The notes under the pieces were generated by a model that was not told the origin of the DNA, searched no databases, and was given only the letters and a program-made list of their open reading frames with translations. Positions 25,083-35,585 of a stretch of DNA of 64,000 nucleotides are shown in pieces (positions within the stretch are counted from its first letter, which is position 1; each line of letters starts with the position of its first letter). Source of the stretch: Neoconidiobolus thromboides FSU 785. Taxonomy: Eukaryota > Fungi > Entomophthoromycota. The DNA is taken from NCBI GenBank assembly GCA_025603075.1, contig MU626370.1:6034-70033 (forward strand), written 5' to 3'. A program made the translations under genes and the position numbers.

Positions 25083-25921
25083 AGATACTAATCCAAAAGG
25101 CTAACTTTGAATTTATATATATATAAGAAGGTGAAAGGGGAGTATGAAACGTAGTAGAAAACCTACTATATAAAATTCAAGATTATATTGATTACAGGCT
25201 TCTTTATTATAAAAACTAATGGGTGATAGTTTACAACTATATCATTTGTAAGAGTAAAAACGGATTAAATGCTCAAAAAAGTTAAGTGAAATGTATAAAA
25301 CAGGTCGCTAATTATTACGAAAATTATCTTATCATATTTACGTGGTTTTCTTATCTTACCATGTCTATATAGGCTTAAAATACACTTATATTAAATTATA
25401 ATATACTTATATTAGCTTATCTCCTTTGCTTTAGTATAAGTTTAACTTAGTCTAACTTTTAATAGCATTTACTATTTAAATTCCTTTAATTTCTAAAGCC
25501 TCAATTTTTAAGCTCAATGAAAACATTACATCCCAATAATTTATTGGCTAGATAAAAAAGACTACGTATTATTGATCCAATTAAGGGATAAACATTACTT
25601 TAATAATTACACTTCAGATCGATTGTAATATTGTAAATTACGTGGTCATTGTGATCAAATATAGTAAATACTTATGGACTATAACCAAGATGTTTAGATC
25701 AAAAGTAACAAATTAGGCTTCAAATGTATATATACTGATAGATCTGTTTAAAATTGAAACCTTTTTTATTTAGGGTTATACAAAACAGAGATTATTGGTC
25801 AAAAAACGATCATTCAGTCTCATAAAATATAAAAGATTGGGAGTATTTTAAATCGTTATTCTTTTTCAATTTGCAAGTAAAATTTTAAACACAGATATTA
25901 AATTTTCTAAAAAAGTCAAAG

Positions 25922-28447
25922 ATGAATCAAGAATATATTGAACCTAGTAAACGAGAGAAGTACGGAAGTTCTGGTAAAAGCTATCCAGTGAAAACTAATT
26001 TTTTTCAAATCCGCCATAACAATTCTGGTACAATTCACCATTATGACGTCAATATCACCCCTGAGGTCCCAGTAGGGGTGAATAAAGACGTATTTAAAGC
26101 ATTCGAAGTAAAAAATGCTAACAATGCTAAAGTATTGGGAGGTATATGCGCAGTCTTTGATGGAGCCAAGAACATGTTTTCACCAAGGGCACTACCATTT
26201 GGAAAGCAGTTTGTTGACGAGGTTATTTTACCTGAGGAGGGTGGTAAAAAAAGTAACGAACCAAGAAAATTTAAACTCAAGATGATGAAGGTCAACGAAG
26301 TACCAATCGATATTAATGAGATGCACCAGCGTACATCCAACGGTTTGACTGCAATGATGGCGTTTAACGTCTTGTTCAGGCACCAGAATGAAACTAATTT
26401 CGTTCAGGTTAAAAATTCATTTTTTATCCGAGAGGATGTAAATGAGCTTTCTGGAGGTGTGGAGTTATGGCCAGGTTTCTTTCGCTCCTTCAACTCAGTT
26501 GCTGATGGGTTTGCATTAAACATAGATACTACTATTTGTAGCTTTTATCAACCTGGCCCTGTAGTTGATATCGTTGCTAAGTTGATTGGGTTAAGAAATC
26601 CAAGCGATTTGAGAGACTCAAGAACAAGCAAATATTTTAGAAAAATTAAATCTTTCTTAAAAGGTTTGAAGGTTACCATGTCCATCAAAGGTGAGCAACC
26701 TCGTAGTTACAAAATCCGTAGTGTATCGGACAACTCTGCAGTTGACCAAAAGTTTGACTTGATTGAGGATGATGTCAATAAAGGTCGTATTAGTGTAGCA
26801 AAATACATTGAGAATAAATACAGCATCAAGTTACAGTACCCCAATCTACCTTGTGTTGAAATCAAAAAGGGGGTTTTATTACCATTAGAACTATTTACAA
26901 TCTTGCCTGGGCAAAGATACGTTAAAAAGTTGGATGAAAAACAAACAAGTGAGATGATCAAGGTAACTTGCATTAAACCATATTTAAGATTCCAGAAAAT
27001 TGCGAATGGGATGAGACGTATGGCTTTTGAAAAAAACAAATACATCAAGCAGTTTGGGTTGGAAGTTACTACAACTGCTAAAGAAGTACCTGCAAGACTA
27101 TTATCTGCGCCAACCATAAAATATAATCCTTCTTCCAAGGATCATTCTATCCGTCCTGCTAACGGGTCCTGGAACATGTTAGGAAAAAGGTTGTTCGAAG
27201 GAAAGCAAATATCTACTTGGGGAGTGGCTGTATACGCCAGAGAAAATTGGTTACGACGTCCTCAAGTTGAAAAATTTGTGGATTTGTTTAGCAATGTATG
27301 CATAGATACTGGAATGAAAGTGACAGATAAAAGACCTATAATCAAATATTTAAATCCATTTTCTAATAGACTTGAAGAGGAATTAGGTAATTTTTATTCT
27401 AGCATAAAGAACAACGGAAAAGCAGCCCCTCAGTTAATTCTGTGCATTTTACCAGATCGTGGTAGTGAGCTTTATGGGGCAATTAAGTCAGCTGCTGAGT
27501 TGAAAATTGGAGTCATGACTCAATGTGTACAAGCTAAAAAAGTAGAACGTCCAGACAAGCAGTACTGTGCTAACGTATGCTTAAAAGTAAATGCAAAATT
27601 AGGAGGCATTAATGCTGCAATGCATGAAAATGATTTAGGAGGGATAAATAAGATCCCAACTTTAATCATAGGTGCAGATGTAACTCACCCTGCTCCAGGG
27701 AATCCAGAAGCCGCTAGTATTGCTGCAGCAATAGGATCTATTGATTTCACTGGGACAAAATATGCATCTTCTATTCGAGCACAACATTCTAGACAAGAAG
27801 TGATTTCCGATTTTTCTAATATGATAGTCGATTTGCTGAAGATGTTTTATAAAAATACTAAAACCAAACCTCAAAAAATTATTTACTATCGTGATGGGGT
27901 ATCAGATGGTCAATTCCAAACTGTTTTAATTAATGAAATGAAAGCGATCAAAGTAGCTTGTGCTTCTTTAGAGTCTAATTATAAACCAAAAATAACCTTT
28001 GTTGTTGTCCAAAAGCGTCACCATGCCAGATTTATACCTGTTAAAAGAGAAGATGAAGACCGAAGTGGTAACTGTAAAGCAGGTACTATAGTAGAGGCTG
28101 GTATTTGCCACCCATATTATTTTGACTTTTACCTTCAGTCACATGCAGGATTACAAGGAACTTCACGTCCTTGTCACTATCATGTTTTACATGATGAAAA
28201 TGTTTTTACTACTGATAAATTCCAACAGTTTACTTATAACCTTTGTTATCTCTTTAATAGAGCTACAAAATCAGTATCATTAGTTCCACCAGTTTATTAT
28301 GCTCATTTGGCAGCTACTCGCGCCCGATTTCATTATAAGATTAGTGATGGGATGTCAGATACCACATCCATGGTCTCTATAGGCTCGGAGCAACCCGAGT
28401 CAAAGAAATTAGTTGGGGATCTTGCCACTAAGATGTATTACGTTTAA
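25922..28447 (+). CDS. AGO: Argonaute (N-PAZ-MID-PIWI), intronless
   Basis: TNFF, YPNLPCV..LPLELF, TQCV, KVNAKLGG; PIWI tetrad GADVTH / RQEVI / YRDGVSDGQF / YYAHLAA. Confidence 0.97.
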   Translation: MNQEYIEPSKREKYGSSGKSYPVKTNFFQIRHNNSGTIHHYDVNITPEVPVGVNKDVFKAFEVKNANNAKVLGGICAVFDGAKNMFSPRALPFGKQFVDEVILPEEGGKKSNEPRKFKLKMMKVNEVPIDINEMHQRTSNGLTAMMAFNVLFRHQNETNFVQVKNSFFIREDVNELSGGVELWPGFFRSFNSVADGFALNIDTTICSFYQPGPVVDIVAKLIGLRNPSDLRDSRTSKYFRKIKSFLKGLKVTMSIKGEQPRSYKIRSVSDNSAVDQKFDLIEDDVNKGRISVAKYIENKYSIKLQYPNLPCVEIKKGVLLPLELFTILPGQRYVKKLDEKQTSEMIKVTCIKPYLRFQKIANGMRRMAFEKNKYIKQFGLEVTTTAKEVPARLLSAPTIKYNPSSKDHSIRPANGSWNMLGKRLFEGKQISTWGVAVYARENWLRRPQVEKFVDLFSNVCIDTGMKVTDKRPIIKYLNPFSNRLEEELGNFYSSIKNNGKAAPQLILCILPDRGSELYGAIKSAAELKIGVMTQCVQAKKVERPDKQYCANVCLKVNAKLGGINAAMHENDLGGINKIPTLIIGADVTHPAPGNPEAASIAAAIGSIDFTGTKYASSIRAQHSRQEVISDFSNMIVDLLKMFYKNTKTKPQKIIYYRDGVSDGQFQTVLINEMKAIKVACASLESNYKPKITFVVVQKRHHARFIPVKREDEDRSGNCKAGTIVEAGICHPYYFDFYLQSHAGLQGTSRPCHYHVLHDENVFTTDKFQQFTYNLCYLFNRATKSVSLVPPVYYAHLAATRARFHYKISDGMSDTTSMVSIGSEQPESKKLVGDLATKMYYV

Positions 28448-28727
28448 TTTTATCAAATTTGTATTATACCAGCTGCAGGTTATATCAAAATAGATTTTGA
28501 TCCTTGAAATACTGCTTTTATTAAAATATATTGCTATAAATATTATTTTATTTTTTTATTTTATAATAATATTCTATTAATATGAATAATTCTTAAAAAT
28601 CCTATAGATATTTAAGTCAAATCATAAAGTTAGAATAACTCTTATGCCTATAAAAAGATTTATTTAAAATTATTTGCTTTATTTAAACTTAATACTCCTG
28701 TCATATATTGAATTTATAATTTCTTTC

Positions 28728-29773
28728 TTAAAATGAAGGAATTCTTTTAAAACTACTAATAAACATATATCTAGAGAACAAGATATAAAGATGACGAAAC
28801 CAAACCATTTGGGATTGATGTTGATACATAGCATTACGAGAGGTTAACACTTGATTCAAAGAAGATATAACCAAAATCTGATTAGGTACATTAATATCTG
28901 GTAGATTATGTCTTATTGAAGAAAAAGTGTAATCTATTTTTGATAATGTAAATATAAGATCAAAAATTGAAATGTATTTTCTTAATAATGGAATAGATTC
29001 TAGCTGATAAGCAACTACTGACTTTTCTTTTTGATTTAATATAGTTGAAGTTTTTAGCATATGTCTATAGTCGAGTCATTATTATTTGTAGTTGGATCAA
29101 GAATTAAATAACTTACTCCACACCCACTCTTAATGCAATATGATTGATATGTCCAGAAACACCTTGTAAATCGAAAGTCAAAACCTAAAAATCAAATTAA
29201 TCATGTAAAAAAACAAAATGTGGTAATTACCGTTCTTATCTTGTTCTTTATAATATAAGTTTCAAGGACATTACTAACTTCATGTGGTGGCCATAATTCC
29301 TTTGGTCCATCTCTAAAGTTACTATATACTCCTTTAGATATATAAAAATAAAAATACAAAACAAAATTACTCTTGGTTTAATACCTTGATATTATTCTTA
29401 TTGATACCTAATTTACCACATGCTTCAATTAATTCCTTTTCCCTAACTTTACCCAAGTTATCATGATCACCTTATAAAACAATTAATAATGCTTAAAATT
29501 TTAAACGAAATTACCATTAGATAAACATAGTAAATGAAGATTGACTTTTTTATTCTTAGCTAACTCCAAAATAATAGGCGAAAAAAACATCACTTCGTCA
29601 TCGGGGTGAGCAGTAGCTAACAATATATTAGTAAACTTCCAACCGTCCTTTCCTTCTTGATTATCCGACAAAAATCGATGATGTGGTAAAGGTAATTGAA
29701 AGTACAATACAATACCGTATAATATTAAACTAGGTAATATTATACTCGCTACTACAAAAACATAAGCCAACAT
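28728..29773 (-). CDS. GPI12: GlcNAc-PI de-N-acetylase (PIG-L), spliced
   Basis: N-terminal TM, TAHPDDEVMFFSPII, LCLSNG; C-terminal AMYQHQSQMVWFRHLYILFSRYM. Confidence 0.9.
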
Positions 29774-30403
29774 TTAAAGAGTTTTTTAAAAAACTGGGTT
29801 AACTTGTTTTAAAATTAGTTTGTTTCAGTCAGCTTCATTTATGGGCTGAAATTAAGTGAGTGTAATTGGTCCAGATTGATTTTTAAAATTGCATTTTCAG
29901 TAAAAAAAAGTCATGATTTTACTGAAATCGTTATTGATCACTTTTCAATTTCATAACAAATAGTGTTAAAAAAATCACTCTTATAAAGCTGCGAGTATTT
30001 CATCAAAAATATTAAGATCATTATCAAAATTACAAATGTCCTGTAAAATAGATTTATAGGGTACAATAGCTTAAAAATTCCATAAATCTATAATATAAAA
30101 TTCAATTCTTGTTTTGATTGTCTTTTAAGAGTATATAGAGCTTTTTAAATGCTTACAGTTTGATTTAATCCTAACAAAGACTTAGGAAGAGACTAAAATC
30201 CGCTTAGTCAAAAAAAAGTGACAGAAAAGCCTTCATATTTTGGTCCTTGTCTTCACCAATATAGCTTTTCAGATAATGTATTTTCAGATAAGCTTCTTGT
30301 GAATTGTTATACTCTTATAATAATATTAGGGAAATACACTAACGGCTTTTTAGGGTTAAGAAGCTCAAAGTTTTGAGTTAATATGATGTTTGTATCAAAA
30401 TAT

Positions 30404-30502
30404 GGGGATATTCTTTTGGCTTCGTTACTTTTCCCATTTTCTAAGTGCTATTTAAGCGGGAAGATTGTTGGTAAAAATTATTAAACAAAAAAATACATCA
30501 CT
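30404..30502. mobile_element. MITE copy, TSD ATAT
   Basis: ATAT|GGGGATATTCTTTT...AAAAATACATCACT|ATAT. Confidence 0.85.
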
Positions 30503-32234
30503 ATATGATCCTGATTCGAACACTTTAATAAACAGTTTAGTTTATGATATTTGACAAAATGTCGTATTGCTTACTTATGAATATCACTATGTATCTGCCA
30601 TAAATACCATCATGTTTATTTTTCTAATAAAGCTATATGATGACTTTATTTAGTGTCATAAATTAAGTTTTAAGAAGATAAATTTTAATTTATAAATATT
30701 TGATATGTTAGTTATTATTGTTCAAGTTAGATATAAAATAGGAATAGATTTAATTTACTATCATTATTTTAAAGCTATCAAAATAAAATATGTTTATTGG
30801 ATATACACAATTAATAAATTAATAAAAACTTTAATATATAATGTTGTACTAACTTAAAATAAAGCTATAAAATGAGGACAAAAAAACGAATTAAATTTAT
30901 AAATTGCTATTTTAATAAATGATACATTAATAAATATAGATTAAATTCAATTATCTAATCACCTATTCTAAAACTTATTTTTGCATTTAAATCATTTTGA
31001 AGTAAAATATCTCTAATTATCGTGTTTACGCTTATATAGCCGATATCATTAATGTAGTATCTAAAATTATTACATTCTTAAAGCTTTGATTTTAAATCTC
31101 TAAATTTAAAAAAAATCCTATCATTTTGCACAAACAATTCTTTAATTTGAAGATGATATTATCTCGCATGTGTACAAAGTAAAGTAATTTAATTTGCTAA
31201 TTTTTACCGAAACTTCTTTTCTAAAATATCAAAATAGCAGAAGGTTCCATAGGAAAATAATAGTTTATATACGGGTTTATTCTTTGAATACACCAAGTTC
31301 TACTCAAAGCGGTAATAAAAACCTTGTATACTAAAGGGATAGACTCAAGTTTTGCTTCTCAATAGCTGGTATCTTCATGTATGTTAATATTTTGCTTCAT
31401 ATTCCTTAATATTAATGAACAAACTAGAATCTTTTAACAATGATTTTATTGTCCGTGATATTACTGTATATTAATTCAATAACAACAGATATAAATCCCA
31501 CCTTTATTTTTCAGGTTATAAACTCGCTTTCTTTCTAAAAAGGTGTACCAGATTAAAAATTAGAAGTGAAGCTGGCCATGTTTTTAAAATTAGAATATTT
31601 AACTTGAATGATAGATATCATATTTGGATACAAGGTATTTTTAAGAATATTTAAGAGACACAAATCAAATAGAACTCTGTCATAAAATATATATAAGGGT
31701 AAAGGTAGAGGGTGGAGTTTATGAGCAAAAGGTATTTTATTTATTTCTATAATTTATGACTCCAAGTCGTAATTTAATTTACATTTGTACTTTTAATAAA
31801 GCTATCTTATACCACTGATAACTTGTTATAAAGATCATTCTCAGATATTTACAAAATTTAATTCAGTATTTTTGAACCTTATCTTAATTTAATTATATTG
31901 TCATTGGTGCTTACTACCATAATTGGAGTTAATTTACTATTATCTGAATTCCACTTTAATGACCATGCTTTGTTTTAATATGAAAGGTGAAAGTGGAACA
32001 AGATCTTATTGGTTGAAGCTATATGAATTGCTATGACCAATAAAATTTAATTTTTATTTTAACATTCTTTAAAGGAAATGATTTAATTTGAAAAAAATGA
32101 AAAGTATAAAAGAGAGAAGGATAGACTTGAAGTTCTTTGGCTAGTTTCATCTATTTTTACAAAACTAATAGTAATAACTTTAAGACTCTACTGATTTAGA
32201 TACCTCAAAGTTGCTTCATCCCTAATATTATATA

Positions 32235-34268
32235 ATGAAATTCACTTCTCCTATTTTAAAGACCTTACTTTTGGGTCTTTTAGCTAACCCTGCTTTAGCT
32301 ATCCAGCGTATTAAATTCTCTACCTGCCCTGGTGCCGCTTGTATTATGCCAGTAGATGGTGCTGAATTCCTTACTGGTGCCCAATTCGATATTCGTGTTG
32401 AGATCCATGAAGAAAGTCAAAATAAAGCAAATGGTGACTTTGAGTTAACTGTTTCCAAACTTGGTCGCAATGGTGTTGAAGAAGAACCAATTTTAGTCAA
32501 CAACTTTTTCAAGCCTATTAACTCTAACCCAGATTTAGAAAGATGGAACTTCACTTACACTAAAGATTCTAAAGATTACTACCAATCATTAGATGGTGAC
32601 CTTTCCGTAGAACGCCCAGTTCAAGTTGCCTCTAAAATTTGGCGTAACGTTCACTTTAAATCCTCTGGTAAATATATTGCCACTATCAAATATAATAATG
32701 GGGAAACTCACAAAGTTGAATGGATCGTCCGCCCTGCTGCTTGTAAGCGTATTGCTCGTAATGCCATTCTTTTCATTGCTGATGGTACGACCATCAACAT
32801 GATTACCGCTGCTCGTGTCATGGCCCGTAAACAACGTAATGGTAAATTCCCACATAAATTTGAAATGGATATGACCGATTATATTGGACATGTACAAACT
32901 CATTCTCTTGATGCAATGATGACTGACTCTGCCAACTCTGCCTCAGCTTATCACACTGGTCACAAAACCGCCGTTAATGCTTTAGGTGTTTACCCTGATT
33001 CTTCGCCAAATCATTTTGATGATCCAAAACAAGAATTGTTAGCTGAGTTAGCTCGTCGTCGTTCTAAATCTCGTGGTGGCAAAATGGCTATTGGTATTGT
33101 TACTACTGCTGAAGTTCAAGATGCTACCCCAGCCGCTGTATTTGCTCATACCCGTCGTCGTGACGATAAAGCCGAAATCGTTGATCAACTTATCAACGGT
33201 GCTAAAAATGCTAGTATTCCAGTCATTGCTGATGTCTACTTAGGTGGAGGTGGTGCTTACTTCCATAATAAGACTGGAGGAAAATCCCTCAAAGGAAACG
33301 ATTACTACAAAACTTTTGAAAAACTTGGTTACAACATTGTTAATAATGGAGAACAACTTAGAAACTACAATGAAGATAAACCTCTTCTTGGTATCTTCCA
33401 CAAAGGAAACATGGATGTCTTTGTAGATCGTTCTATGTTAAAAGATAACCTTAAAGGAAACAAAGCTTCCCCAGTTGGTGACAACAAAGATGCTTTAGAC
33501 CAACCTGGATTAGTAGATATGACCAAGAAAACTTTAAATATTCTTAAGAAACGTGGTGGAGATGCCGGTTTCTTTGCTATGATTGAAGCTGCTTCCCCAG
33601 ATAAGCAAATGCACTCTATGGATTTCCATCGTTCCCTTGTTGAAATTATCGAGTTTGACAATGCTATTAAAGCCGCTGTTGAATGGGCCCGTAAGAACGA
33701 TCCATCCACTTTGATCGTCATTACTGCTGATCACGGACATGGTTTTGATGTTTACGGTACTGTTGATACTGAAATTTTCAACAATGCTCCAGTTGACGAG
33801 CAAAATCTTTCTAAACGTAATGCTATTGGTGTATATGAATCCTCTGGATGGCCAGACTATAGCCCTGATGCTAACGGTTATCCAGCAGAGCTTAATGTAC
33901 GTACCGTATTCGCTGCCGCAACCAACAATAAGCCAGATAACTTTGAAAACTTCCAAATGAACCGCACTAAATCTCGTAAACCAGCTGTTGATTCTCACTC
34001 AAAAGAACATAAATACCAGGTTTCAGTTGCCAACAAAGACTTTGGTAAAGGTGGTATGTTTGTAGGCGGCAACCTTCCAGTTGAGAATGACCAAGCTGTT
34101 CACTCCATGACTGATGTAGGTATTTTTGCCTCTGGTCCAGGAGCTCATTTATTTGGTAAAGTTATGGATTCTACTGAAGTTTTCTTTAACTTTGCTTATG
34201 CTCTTGGCCTTGGTGAAGTTGATCCAAAAGAATGTTCTAAATGCCCAAAGAAGAGAAAGCACTATTAA
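32235..34268 (+). CDS. Secreted PhoA-family alkaline phosphatase with extra N-terminal domain, intronless
   Basis: Signal peptide; ILFIADG, TDSANSAS (Ser nucleophile), IEAASPDKQMH, TADHGH, HSMTDV. Confidence 0.9.
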   Translation: MKFTSPILKTLLLGLLANPALAIQRIKFSTCPGAACIMPVDGAEFLTGAQFDIRVEIHEESQNKANGDFELTVSKLGRNGVEEEPILVNNFFKPINSNPDLERWNFTYTKDSKDYYQSLDGDLSVERPVQVASKIWRNVHFKSSGKYIATIKYNNGETHKVEWIVRPAACKRIARNAILFIADGTTINMITAARVMARKQRNGKFPHKFEMDMTDYIGHVQTHSLDAMMTDSANSASAYHTGHKTAVNALGVYPDSSPNHFDDPKQELLAELARRRSKSRGGKMAIGIVTTAEVQDATPAAVFAHTRRRDDKAEIVDQLINGAKNASIPVIADVYLGGGGAYFHNKTGGKSLKGNDYYKTFEKLGYNIVNNGEQLRNYNEDKPLLGIFHKGNMDVFVDRSMLKDNLKGNKASPVGDNKDALDQPGLVDMTKKTLNILKKRGGDAGFFAMIEAASPDKQMHSMDFHRSLVEIIEFDNAIKAAVEWARKNDPSTLIVITADHGHGFDVYGTVDTEIFNNAPVDEQNLSKRNAIGVYESSGWPDYSPDANGYPAELNVRTVFAAATNNKPDNFENFQMNRTKSRKPAVDSHSKEHKYQVSVANKDFGKGGMFVGGNLPVENDQAVHSMTDVGIFASGPGAHLFGKVMDSTEVFFNFAYALGLGEVDPKECSKCPKKRKHY

Positions 34269-34402
34269 GCTTATAAAATTAATTTGATATATTTAATAAA
34301 CTATTAATAATTATTTAATATTCTGATTATTACTTTCTTTATATCAACTATTACATAGTAAAAAAATGTATAAATAATGTTTAATATTTTAATTTGATTT
34401 AT

Positions 34403-34694
34403 TTAAGCAGAGTTACATTTCTCACATTCTTTCATATCATCAAATGGTCCACATAATGGATCTTCAGCATCAACTTTAACACAACCATTGGTAGTAGCTA
34501 TATACTGATAGGTATCAATCTTGCAATCCCCAGGTCTAGCTGAAGATAAGCATAATAAAGCTCTATTTGAAAGTTAATATGGTTAATAAGTTGAATTTAT
34601 GTTTATACCTGTCATCTTCACTGATGGGACTTAAAGCTGCAACGGTGCTTAAACCAAGAAGTAAAGATATGAAGTTATTTTTTTTGATATACAT
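34403..34694 (-). CDS. 81-aa secreted 6-Cys microprotein, BPTI/Kunitz-like (missed by ORF track)
   Basis: Exon 1 34694-34609, 46-nt GT-AG intron 34608-34563, exon 2 34562-34403: MYIKKNNFISLLLGLSTVAALSPISEDDRALLCLSSARPGDCKIDTYQYIATTNGCVKVDAEDPLCGPFDDMKECEKCNSA*. Confidence 0.75.
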
Positions 34695-34992
34695 AGTTTG
34701 ACGGTTAATACAAAAATAAAGTTTTTTTCCTAAAGCTTTATAGTCTTTTTAAAAAACATAAGGTAATTATTGGTTTTAAAATCAAGTTGATCATTAAAGA
34801 TATCCTAATTCTAAGTTGAAAATTGAAAATCAAACATATTAAATTACTTTTTTTATTCTGACAGTTTATCACACCCTGATTTAATATTTGCAAAATAGCA
34901 GTTCATCCTATGCTTGAAAATAAAATAGTATTTTTAAAATTATTAAAATTATGTTTGTATACACTTAAACTAAGCTAATCGAAATAGCATAT

Positions 34993-35087
34993 GGGTGTCT
35001 TTTTTTGTTCAAGAACCTTGGTAATATCTTTTTTATTTAATAGTGCTTAAAAATGGAAAAAGCGATTAAAGTAAAAAAGACATATCT
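34993..35087. mobile_element. Diverged MITE copy, TSD ATAT
   Basis: Retains AATAGTGCTTAAAAATGGAAAAA core; ATAT on both sides. Confidence 0.7.
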
Positions 35088-35585
35088 ATATAAAGACAAA
35101 AGGTTAAATAATATGGTTTTTATATAATATTTATATTTAGTTTTACATATAACATGAACTCAATTAATATATTAAATACCATCATTTTAGCAAGCGCAAA
35201 ATATCTTATTCTAATTTAAAACTCATTTATTACATTTACTATTGATTTTCTTTAGATGACAATCTTAGTATTTGTGAAGTATATTAAAAATTTAAACACT
35301 TAAATCAAAAAGTACTTTATTAAAATTTATTGTCTTTTAAATTGAGTTATTGAAAATAAGAAATAAAAAATATTTAAAGCTGATGATATATTTATGTTTA
35401 TCAAATGGTTGATTTGGTTTTTAATATTTAAACTTTATTACCTAATACAGATTAACATATTTAAAACTATAAATAAAATTATTTGAATAATTAGTTATAT
35501 GAAAGGATTATAACTGAACTTAATAAATCAAGGATATAAATTGTATCCCTATTTTGGATGCTATGCTAGTACCTTATAGGTGTGA

